Positions 10,681-21,685 of a stretch of 64,000 bases of DNA are shown one piece after another. Positions within the stretch are counted from its first letter, which is position 1; each line of letters starts with the position of its first letter. Position numbers and translations under genes: made by a program. Under the pieces are notes generated by a model. That model ran no database searches, was not told the DNA's origin, and saw only the letters and a list, made by a program, of their open reading frames with translations. Source of the DNA: Stegostoma tigrinum (Eukaryota); NCBI RefSeq assembly GCF_030684315.1, contig NC_081404.1, forward strand, positions 13,707,140 through 13,771,139, read 5' to 3'.

Positions 10681-12955
10681 AACGGACCCCACCTCTTCAG
10701 GCTTTATTTTTTTCAAAATCCAAGACTTTATCACCTGTTTACTAAAAAGGGTCTTGATGAGCCAGCTCCAAACCTCTGCCTTACAATGTCTCCGAGAGCA
10801 CACAGGACAAAATAACCTCTTCAAATGACAGCACACCATTCAGTACACCACCGCCGAAACCGCTCAGTTCACACTCACGGAAACTAATGAGTGCACCATC
10901 CTTGAAAGCACCCCGGCACCATCACTGAAACTGCGCAATACCCCAGTATTGATACATCCTGGCTGTCAATTAGCTGAGTCGGCTGGGCAGTTGTTTTGCG
11001 ATGCAGATTGATGGCAGCAGCACGCGTCGAGCCCGTGCAGTGCCTGCGACCACCTTGCCGATCCTGCCTTCTCAAGCTTCCGTCTTGCCTGAGGCATGGT
11101 GACCCGCTGGTTAAGCTGACAACCAGTTTTCCCTCACTGTATTGCAGGCACTTTCCGCCCGAACTGTGTGAGCCGGCACTGCACGCACACCTAGTTTGAA
11201 GGCAAGACAGCAGAGTAACATTTCTGTCTTTTGCAATGATGTGTTCAATGATTGCAATTCTCTGGTTTTGCGAGACTGTGTCGAGGCACAGAAGCAAACA
11301 TGTTGGTGCTGATAACACACATCCATATCCCGACATGATGTTGCATGGTGTGCATTGAGGAAGTGCTGCACCATGAGCAGACAAACGGAAGTCGCTGCTG
11401 CATGCAATATTCACAGATCTGCTGCACAGACATTAGTTTTGCGTCACAAGGATTTTTAGGGCTCCCGTTCCGTCTTTCGTGACATGGTCAAGGTGCTTCC
11501 GCTAAGTCGTTGGTTTGCGCTCAGTGGACAGATGGCCACCGGGTCAAAGCAGGATGAGTTTGCAGCTGCATGACACCTTCACTTTCTGGCTGTGTGTATA
11601 ATGCTGTTCCCTTTTGAACAGTCTCACGTTGCCGCGATACGCAGCACCCTCCCTGACATGACCCAGCACCAACGGCAGCTGCTTTGGGCCTGGCCTCAAA
11701 CATTTCCATTCCCATTGAGCACTTGTGCTTTTCAGCAAAATGGAAGCTACAAATGGCAGCTCTTTCAGACGTGCGTTCTGTGTGTCTAACTGAGTCTGCA
11801 CCTGCCCACTTATCCCCCGAGCTGCAAGGATATCTGGTCAATAGGTCAGCATTTCCGGGGAACCGACACTTTCCCATTCACATCCAGCCTTCCGCGGATT
11901 ATCGTCTCCCCACTGATATATTCAGCTGTCCCCCAGGGCCTTTTCACTTTTCTCATCACCATTATGTTCGTAGCCCTTTTCCCGCAGCACTGGCAACCGA
12001 ATACCCGCCACCTAACCCTGACTTTCTGTGGATGGACACCTCACATTGACCGTGGTGCACCACTTCAGCTGCTTCGCTGTGCAGCCCTGATCAATGAGTG
12101 ACCAGAACCCTGACTGATACTTCTGCAGCTCTGCTACTCTGTTCCTGTGTCTCGCTGGACTGATTGCAATGGATCCACGCGGCTGACCAGAGCCAACTCT
12201 CCAGGCTGCACTGCTATGGGCCACCGAACCGTCAGCACTCTAAGCGCCTCACACCTTGCCCAAGCCCCTGGACTGATATCATAGACAGCCCAGAACTTTA
12301 CAAATCCCAAAGGCGTTATTCATGTCGCCAGATTGCACACCTTCCAATTATACCGTTTTGGTACTGCAACGCATTCTTTGCCTTGCATCACAGCGGCATC
12401 CACTAGCTCCCTCAGGCTTCATTCTGCCTTATTTATTTACTTTTATTGTAAATAATCAACACTGCTCTTCCCGATAAGCTCATTATAACACTGTAGTGAA
12501 GTTTTCTAATATTCACGAAGCCTTACAATCCCTGAAACATCTGTTCAATTTAAACAGTGGTGAACAAAATACTCAACGTCCCCATTTGACTGGAATGTCA
12601 CCATTTATTTAACCATGTGTTTGGGGGTTTGGTGGTTGTACAATGTGGTGGGTGTAATGGTGCACAGCGCTCAATTCCCATGGGCTCTCTGCCCGCTCTC
12701 ACGCAATCTTCCATTGCTAATTTTCATGAGACTGCCCAAGTCAGAAAAGCAGCTCGTCGCTCTCTCCAAACTCCGTCATTCACCAAACTCCAAGGTCCAG
12801 ATCGTGTTGCAAGTTGCACTCAGTGACCAGCTGCCTTCCAATCTCATTGATTTCCAGAAACTGCGACTAAGATCATTCGTGGGTGGGAGCCTGAGACTTG
12901 CTTGCTGGTCTGGCCATATCCAAGATTCAGACGCGACCAGAAAAGCTGCAAACTG

Positions 12956-13480
12956 ATCATAGAACATAAAACATAGAACATTACAGCACAGTACAGGCCC
13001 TTCGGACCTCGATGTTGTGCAGACCTGTCATACCGATCTTCAGCCCATCTAACCGACACTATTCCATGTACGTCCATATGCTTGTCCAATGACGACTTAA
13101 ATGTACCTAAAGTTGGCGAATCTACTGCCGTTGCCAGCAAAGCGTTCCTTTCCCTTACTACTCTCTGAGTAAACAATCTACCTCTGACATCTGTCCCATA
13201 TCTTTCACCCCTCAATTTCAAGCTCTGACCCCTCGTGCTCGCCGTCACCATCCTAGGAAAAAGGCTCTCCCTATCCACCCTATCTAACTCTCTGATTAGT
13301 TTATATGTTTGAATTAAGTCACCTCTCAACCGTCTTCTCTCTGATGAAAACAGCCTCAAGTCCCTCAGCCTTACCTCGTAAGACCTTCCCTCCATACCAG
13401 GCAACATCCTAGTAAATCTCCTCTGCACCCTTTCCAGAGCTTCCACCTCCTTCTTACAATGCGGTGACCAGAACTGTTCA
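12956..13480 (-). mobile_element. Short 5'-truncated CR1, same subfamily as 5537-8280
   Basis: ORF2 C-terminus FWSPH.KKEVEALERVQRRFTRMLPG...LDKHMD and (ATGTTCT)n tail. 7 bp target-site duplication CAAACTG at 12949-12955 and 13481-13487. Confidence 0.92.
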
Positions 13481-14339
13481 CAAACTGCACTGTAAAGTTC
13501 GTTGTGTATATTCAGACGCTGTGACACGACTGTGCAGCAAGTAGGACTGCAACTCAGGCCTCCTTACTCAGAGCTAGGGACATTCCCACCACATCACCAA
13601 AGCGCTGAACTTTCCATTTGATGCTGCTTGTGGAAGAGAAGGCGCTGGAGATCCTGTGAATTCACCCGTTTCACCAGTTGGTGGAGCCTCTGGAACACAG
13701 TCCTCGGGAACTGCGCGACTGTGCAAAGGGGATCGTTCCAAGCGCCTCTCACACACTTCTTGCTCGCTGCATCCTGTCACCCGCACCCCCCAACAAGCAC
13801 CAAACCAACTCAGCGCTCGAACGCTGTCAGCAAGGCACTTAACAACTTCGAATCATACGTTCAACATCAGAAACACGATCCAAGAGGCAGATTTTTATGT
13901 TCAAAATGTATTCGAAGAAAGGCACGCACTATTTGGGAGGAGACAGTGGCGAATGTGCAAAGAGGGCAGAGGTGGAGGAATGCCCAGAATGTCTGAGGGT
14001 TGGAGGGAGCCCAAACAGGGAGAAAGAAAAGTGGGTTCGGGACCAGAAGGAGTGTCCGAACATGGAGGGGTGCGCGGGTCGACCGGGATTTGCGAAATCC
14101 CGGCTATGAAGTGAATGGGGAAAGCTGGATGTGGGTAATGGGTTGGCAAAGGGGTGACCATTCAGGAGAAGATGCGGTTGAAGCAGGGACTGCCCAGTTG
14201 AGAAAAGGCCTGAAACAGCTGACGATGTAAAATGGGGTGGTGGTTAGGAGGAGTGGGCGGTGTTGGAGAACCTTGGACTGATTGCAAGTGGCGAGCTAAG
14301 CAAAGAATCAGGTGTTGGCGCTCGGCAAAGGTGCAGGTC

Positions 14340-14470
14340 CCACCTCTCCTCCCCGGCCCAGGGGCACAGGGCGGCGGCTGGTTCCTCCCCTCTCCGGTTT
14401 GCTCCATTCTGGGCGGTTCCTTGTCAACAGACAGCCCCTTGGCCAACCCAGACTCACACGGACATAAAAG
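14340..14470 (+). promoter_or_regulatory. Putative keratin proximal promoter, copy B (GC boxes plus TATA-like CATAAAA)
   Basis: GGGCGG boxes at ~14370 and 14411; CATAAAA at 14463-14469, ~110 nt upstream of the ATG, followed by a (CT)n leader. Confidence 0.6.
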
Positions 14471-14519
14471 CAGCCGAGTCCGTCCTCAGCTCCACCGAGC
14501 CGTTCACGTTCTGACTGTG

Positions 14520-14543
14520 CTCTCTCTCTCTCTCTCTGTCTCT
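14520..14543 (+). repeat. (CT)n microsatellite in keratin 5' leader, length-variable between copies (also ~30670, ~46813, ~61811)
   Basis: Direct reading: copy D is shorter, copy E is longer and interrupted by CA. Confidence 0.85.
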
Positions 14544-14577
14544 GCGAGTCTGTGTCTACGTCGTGAAAAACCTCGAA

Positions 14578-17500
14578 ATGACATCGAAAATCATCAGCAG
14601 CACCACCAGCAGCACCTCCCGCAGCAGCAGGAGCCGAGGGGGAGGCCCAATTGGCGGAGCAGCCGGGTTTTCCACTGGACTGATCCTGTCGGGAAGCGGA
14701 GGGGGTGTTCGGGGACCCAGGAGCTCCCAAAGTGTCATCCTGAGACCGACACAGTCCGTTTCAAGCGCCCGAATCTCCCGAGGCTCGGTGTTGGGCTCCA
14801 GCAGATATGGTGGCGGCGGTGGATCGAGCTTCAGCCGAATAAGTGTCGGTGCGGCTGGTTTAGGCTCAATGGGCTACCGGGGATATGGGGGAGGTATGTC
14901 TCAAGGGCTGATCCAGAGAACCGCTGCCCTGGACCTGAGCACCCCTTTGCCTCAAATCGATACCACCCAGCGGGCTATCCGAGTGGAGGAGAGCAAGCAG
15001 CTTCAGGGACTCAATAACCAGTTCGCGGACTTCGTTGGCAAGGTAATGTTCAGTGCTGTCCAGGCGGGTGGGTTTGTCAAATACGTCCTCCGTGTCGTTT
15101 TCTCTCGTGCCTTGTGGTGTCCGTCGCAACGTCTAACTATCTGTCTCTCCATCTCACCCCGCCAGGTTCGGTATTTGGAAAGGATCAATACTGAGCTGAA
15201 TATCAAACTGAAACTTCTGCAGGATCAAGGCGAATACAAATCCAACATCGAGAGCATGTTCCAGGTCTACATTGACAATCTGAAGAAACAACTGGAGGCA
15301 CTTGGCCAGGAGAAGCTGAGGTTCGAGGCAGACCTGGTCCAAATGCAAGCTCTGGTCGAGGACTATAAGGGCAAGTAAGTGAGCTGCAGCTGAGTTTAGT
15401 CACGGGTTGCTTCGGAGGCGGGTTCGTGTCCGAACCAAACAGAAATACCAGGGACAGAATGAGTTCGCTTTGCCAAACCGGTAGAATGACAGCTGACGGA
15501 ATTGTCCGCAGCATTGCCATGTAGACCGAACCGAACTGCACAGGGCTGTGCCGCTTCTCGTCTGCGCGCTCGTTTGATTGAAGTGGGAGCACGGCTGATG
15601 CTTCCGACAACATCGTCTGACAGTGTGTGTCTTGTGTCGGAACCGAAAGGTAACGACTAGCGGAGACAGAGACAAAACAGGGACGGTGATAGGGATCAGG
15701 CTGAAAGACTGAGCATCGGTAAAACAATCTCTTTCGTTCCAGGTACGAAGATGAAATCAACAAGCGGACAGAAATGGAAAATGAGTTTGTCCTGGTCAAG
15801 AAGGTGACTTTTATAACGATGCGCGGTACAGATCCCCGTTTGCGGCGACTTTTGCTCACTTTTATCAATGCATTTCCTCCCTCTGCTCTTTAGGATGTTG
15901 ATGACTCGTACATGAGCAAAGTGGAGCTGGAAGCTAAACTGGAAGGTCTGACAGATGAAATCGATTTCCTGCGGTCTATCTATGAAGAGGTAAACACGTG
16001 GCAATGCTCGGGCTGTTATCGTTTTCTGATCTGCTTTCCATTCGAGTCTCATGCAATGTAGCCCGAATGGTTTTCAATCACCTTGCAATCTTCATCCGCC
16101 TCCCCGCCCCCGCCCACATGTAGGAAATCCGGGAGCTGCAAGCCCAGATACAGAACACATGTGTCAATGTGCAATTGGAGGGCGGTCCGAAATTCGATGT
16201 CGAGGAGCTCCTCGCCAATGCCAGGAGGCAGTACGAAGCCTGCGCCCAGCAGAGCCGCGAGGAAGCGGAAACTTGGAAACAAACCAAGGTGAAGATTACG
16301 TGTCGCTGTCGCGTTCTTCTCCAGCGGGCTGCAAAGTGAACTGTGCGACTAACGTGTTCCCAATGTCTGTTTGCAGATGCAGGAACTGGCCATGGCGTCT
16401 GGACAATGTGGCGATGATCTCAATATGCTGAAGTCAGAGATTAAACAGTCGACAGATCAAATCCGGAAACTGAAAGCATCCATCGATGCCCTGAAAAAGG
16501 AGGTAGGCAAAGGTGTGAAAGCGAACAGGGGGTGGGAAACGGTTGTAAATATCTGTACGTCTCTTTTACTCTCTCTGTCTTACCTCTCTGTCCGACATTA
16601 TTATCGGGAAGGCAATAAGGGGATAGGATCAGCTCGGCTGGGTTCTTTTCTGACAACGTGGGGGGTCTGACTGCTGTCCTTTCCGATTGGAATCAGTGGC
16701 TGGCCAGTCACGCCGCCCTCCGCAAATCATTGCGCGGGGCGGGAGCGTTTTGCCTCGGTGTCGTTCTGAACACTGAGCTGACCCCAGTAAATACTGAAGA
16801 AACTGGCCGAATGAATATTTATGTTCCTCAGCGTCTGAAACTGGAAGATGCAATCCGAGAAGCAGAGGAACGCGGCGAGAATTCTCTGAAAGACTCTCGG
16901 ATGAGGATTAGCGAACTGGAAGAGGCCATCTTGAGAGCCGGGCAAGAGCTTTCCAAACAAGCCAGGGAGTACGAACAGCTGGTGGGCATCAAGCTTGCAC
17001 TGGACATTGAAATTGGGACCTACAAGAAAATGCTGGAGGGAGAGGAGGCAAGGTAAGATCAGGGCCAGTCGCTAATCGCAGCCATCACATTGAGTCCCGT
17101 GCTGGCAAATTGCAGTCCGTCCTTGCAGTTGACTGGTAGCTCTGGTCTCTGAGAATGGAATGGACTGCAGGCACTGGGAGTGACAATCACTTCATTATCT
17201 ACATGTCCCGGGTAAAGGTCAGCTGTCCCGTTCCTCACGCTCCCATGGCCTGCTGGCCCCTGCTGCCTGTGACAGCAGCACCTAAAGACTGGGCACTTTG
17301 CCTGAGGCGAAGGAAGCTGACAGTGCCCTTTCAGAAGTGCATCCCAGCAGATGTCAGAGTCTCTGGGTGAGGGAGGAACTTGGGAAAACGGAGTGAAAGG
17401 GTGACTGTGATTTCCTGCAATTTCCTGCTGCGATCTGAGTGTGTTTCATTTCTCAACAGGATGGCAAGTGGGGTTAAAACCCTCAACATCCAGCAAGTCC

Positions 17501-18168
17501 AGAGCCAAGGTAAGAGAATTTGCGGTCCAAGTGAAGTGTGATGATTCTTTCTGGTCAGGTTCTGCTCAGCTTCATTCCAATCAGCCATCATCATTTCCCA
17601 CCTTCAACATCAGATGCTTGTATCATTTGGCCTTGTCAAATGATCGGTAATCACCAGCCCTTGCCAGCCTACTTCACATCCCTGATTGACATCACCCAAC
17701 CAGCTTTCAGTTCATGAGGCTCCAATTCTAAGAATTCCGTCTGTCAGCATTTCCTTCATTCTCCTTCCCAGTCGCCTCCTTCAAGGGCTAGATTTTCCGC
17801 ATGCTTTTTCTCATCGTCCTGATGGATTTATAGGGTTTCAAATTGTTTCTTGGAGAAAGCGGCTGCAAAACATCTAGGGCTGTCGTACTTTGCGAAAGAT
17901 ACAACACAAATTGAGTTACTTTATCATTTTGCAATTATACTTTCAATTGTAGCACCAAGATGACAAGAAAAGTTTTTTTTTTTCTCTCTCTCTCTGTGCC
18001 CCTTTGACAGGTGGTTTGCAACAAGGCTTGGGTTGGGGAGCTGGATCATCTTCCTATGAGACCTCACTGAGTTCAAGTGGCTCGTACGCGAGCAACAGAG
18101 CGACGGTGGGTGGACGAACCACGTATGAGGTGTCGAGCACAGGACTCAGTCAACAAGGGATCATTTGA
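14578..18168 (+). CDS. Type II keratin-like gene, copy B, complete, 9 exons, 516 aa
   Basis: Exons 14578-15042, 15166-15374, 15743-15803, 15894-15989, 16124-16288, 16377-16502, 16832-17052, 17460-17509, 18011-18168 give 1551 nt in frame, all introns GT-AG. Exon sizes 209/61/96/165/126/221 match type II keratin genes. Motifs [55 protein letters not shown]; Ser/Gly/Arg-rich head. Confidence 0.95.
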
Positions 18169-18353
18169 AACCATCAGTGCCTCCCAGCCGTTCATTGTCA
18201 GAGGTTATACTTTCCCTCAGTACTGTTTTTAGAGCGGTGGTTGACATCTTTATATTCACTTCATGTCTGCTACTCGGAATGACTGCATTAACCTGTTCAC
18301 GTTTCATACTTAAATGACATGAAGTCTACAGCGACATCTTCATCAGTTGACAA

Positions 18354-18359
18354 AATAAA
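18354..18359 (+). terminator. Polyadenylation signal, copy B
   Basis: AATAAA with a GT-rich downstream element. Confidence 0.7.
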
Positions 18360-20557
18360 GTAAACTTTGTGAAAGTTTGGGTTTGTGGGAAATGCAGTCA
18401 GGACGTTCACACTGTATTTGTTGGTATCTTTAAAATGGGAATTAAAGCAAAGCTTTCGCTGTTGAACTCTGTTTCACTTTGATGTGTAATTTTGTTCGTT
18501 GATTTACCTTATGGCATTGCTGTCCGGCTGAATAAACGTGTAAACTGCACAACTCGATTGCTTTTTGAGCAGCACAATGTTAAATGAATGAAAAGGACAA
18601 TGCTCATCCATTGTTGTGTAATTCAAGAAGTGCCCACTCCAATATCGTTACATTTCCACAAGTATGATGACACGTAGAAAGACGTCTTTGTAGTTAGCAT
18701 GTCGGCACAAATACCCCAACACTGAAAATAAGCTGTCAGCCATGAATGAAACTATTCAGTCCAACATCAGTGAAACCACTGTTGTGAATCTGACCAGATT
18801 CCCTCAAAATATTTTACCAACTTATCTAGACCTTCACTCGTTCTGATCAGAAATGTAAATATAATGTGTGTGTCCCAAATGAACTACGACTCATCAAACC
18901 ACATGATGTTAAGCTCTACTTAAAATACAACCAAGGAAGGAAGCATTTGGAATAACAACTGTATTGGAAATCTTCATAGAAGAATAAATACAGTAATTAT
19001 TACTTACTTCCTTATAGAGATTTATAAAATCATGAGGGGCATGGATCGGGTGAATACCCAAAGTTTTTTCCCTAGGGTGGGGGAAGTTCAAAACTTTAAG
19101 GTGAAAGGGGAAAGATATTGAAGGGACCTCAGGGGAACGTCTTCACGCAGAGGGTGATGCGTGTTATGGAATGAGCTACCGGAAGAGGTGGTGGTGGCTG
19201 GAACAATTGCAACATTTAAAAGGCATTTGGATGGATATATGAATGAGGGGTGCTGGCAAATGGGACTAGATTAATTTAGCATATCTGGGCAGCATGCACA
19301 TAGGGAAGGGGCCAAATCAAAATATGGAGCGGGAAGGGGAGATGAGGCACTCTAACCGCTGCTATGTCTACTTTTCTCTAAAGACACTAGAATATTGGTG
19401 AACACCTATCCAAGTACACCTAGGCATGAATGTAACTGCAGGCAGGAGTGATATGGACCAGTCAACAGTTGACAACGACAACAACAACGCTGGAAAAGCT
19501 CAGCAGGTCTGAAAAAGACAATGTTGACGTGAAGAATATTGAGATACAGGCTATTAGACTAGATGGGATTAAGGTTCACAAGGAGGAAGTGTTAGCAATT
19601 CTGGAATATGTGAAAATAGATAAGTCCCTGGGCCTGATGGGATGTATCCTAGGATTCTCTGGGAAGCTAGGGAGGAGATTGTAGAGCCAGAGAGATAGTA
19701 GGAACTGCCGATGTTGGAGAATCTGAGATAACACTGTGTGAAGCTGGATGAACACAGTGGACCAAGCAGCATCAGAGGAACTGGAAAGCTTGACATTTTG
19801 GGTCGGGACCCTTCTTCTGTTCACAATAATCCATACATGATCTGACCACAGCCTTATACAGCCTTAGCAAAACATCTCTGCTACTATATTCTGGCACTTG
19901 AAATGAATGCCAACATTGTATTTGCCTTCCTAACTGCCAACTGAACTTGCATGTTAACCGTTAGGGAATCCTGCACTAACACTCATAAATGACTTTATGC
20001 TTCAGATTTCCAATGCCTTTCCCCAATTTATGAAACAGTCTACTTTTATTTATTTTACCAAAGTGCATAGTATCACGTTTTCCCACATTGGATTCTATCT
20101 CCCACTTCTTTGCCCATTCTCTTAGTCTCTCCAGGACCTTTGCAGCCTGCCTTCTGCAACTGTATTCGGGTCACCTGCAAATTTAGCAACAGTGCCCTCA
20201 GCTGTTTTGTCCAAATCGTATATTGTGGATAGTTGTGATCCCTACAGGACTCCACTAGTCATCAGCTGAAAAAGATCCGTTTATCTTCACTCACTGCTTT
20301 CTGCCACTCACATTCTATCCATGCCAGTACCTTGCGCCAACACATGGGGCCTTATTTTATTTAGCAAGCTCCTGCATGGTACCTTGTCAAAAGCTTTCTG
20401 GAAATCCAAATAGATCACACCCCGGCTCTCTTTTGTCTAATTTGCTCCTCAAAGAATTCTAACAGAATTGTCAGGTGTGACTTCCCCTTAATGAAACCAA
20501 GCTGACTCAGCTGTATTTTCCCATGCACTTACAAGTACTCTGCAAACTCATCCTTAA

Positions 20558-20871
20558 GGGCGGCATGGTGGCTCAATGGTTCGCACTGAGCCTCGCAGCA
20601 CCTGGGACCCAGGTTCAATTCCAGCCTCAGGTGACTGTCTGTGTGGAGTTTGCACGTTCTCCCCATGTCTGCATGGGTTTCTTCCGGGTGCTCTGGTTTC
20701 CTCCCACAGTCCAAAGGTGTGCAGGCTGGATGGATTGTCCATGCTAATTCCCGTAGTGTTCAGGGGTGTGTGGGTTATAGGGGGGATGGGTCTGGGTGGG
20801 ATGCTTCAAGGGGCAGTGTGGACTTGTTGGGCCAAAGGGCCTGTTTCCACTCTGTAGGGAATCTAATCTAA
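20558..20871 (+). mobile_element. HE1 / V-SINE-like SINE, spacer 2 copy
   Basis: Copy of 4409-4722 at +16149. Confidence 0.88.
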
Positions 20872-21685
20872 TAATGGATTCTAAAATCTTACAAATGACT
20901 GAAGTCAGGTTTTCCAGCCTGTAGTTTCCTGTCTTCTGCCTCAAAGAACAAAGAAAATTACAGGACAGGAACAGGCCCTTCAGTCTTCCAAGCCTGTGCC
21001 AATTTCCAGATCCTCCATCTAAACCTGTCACTTAATTTCCAAGAATCTGTATCCCTCTGCTCCCTGCCTCTACTAGCTCCGTTGGCAACGCATTCCAGGC
21101 ACCTACCACCCTCTGAGGTAAGAACTTTCCACGCATATGTCCCTCAAACTTTTCCTCTCCCACCTTGAAATCGTGACCCTTAGTAATTGAGTCCTCCACT
21201 CTGGGAAAAAGCTTTTTCCTATCCACGCCTTGAATTGAATCTTCCAAAGTGCATCACCCCGCATTTGCCTGAATTGAACTCCATCTGCCATTTCTCCGCC
21301 CAACTCTCCAATCTATCCATATTGTGCTGCATTCTCCAACAGTCCCCTTCACTATCTGCTCCTCCACCAAACTTAATGCCGTCTGCCTCCCTCCCTTCTT
21401 AAACAGGAATGTTACATTAGCCATTTTCCAATCCTCTGGGACCCTTCCTGACTCCAGTGACCCCTGAAAAATCACCACCAATAGCTTTATAATCTCTTCA
21501 GCTGTCTCCTTCATCAGGACTCGGAGATGTAATACATTTGATCCAAGCAATTTATCCGCCTTCAGAAATTTCAACTTCTACAGCACCATTGCCTTCATGA
21601 TGGCCACTACACTCACCTCTGCCCCTGATTTTCTTGAGGTTCTGGTATGCTGCTGGTATCTTCTACGGTGCAAACTGATACAAAA

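Noticed and set aside
10884-11414. 176 aa Cys-rich minus-strand ORF in the spacer
   Set aside because: No domain pattern, and it is broken by a 37 bp indel in spacer 4, so the frame appears accidental.
15203-15868. 221 aa antisense ORF repeated in each gene
   Set aside because: It is a shadow of keratin exons 2-3 and intron 2 with no recognisable motif. Its recurrence only reflects the duplication.
14578-18168. Assigning the symbol KRT8 or a type III filament identity
   Set aside because: Exon structure and coil 1B indicate a type II keratin, but the sequence is too divergent to claim orthology without a phylogeny.
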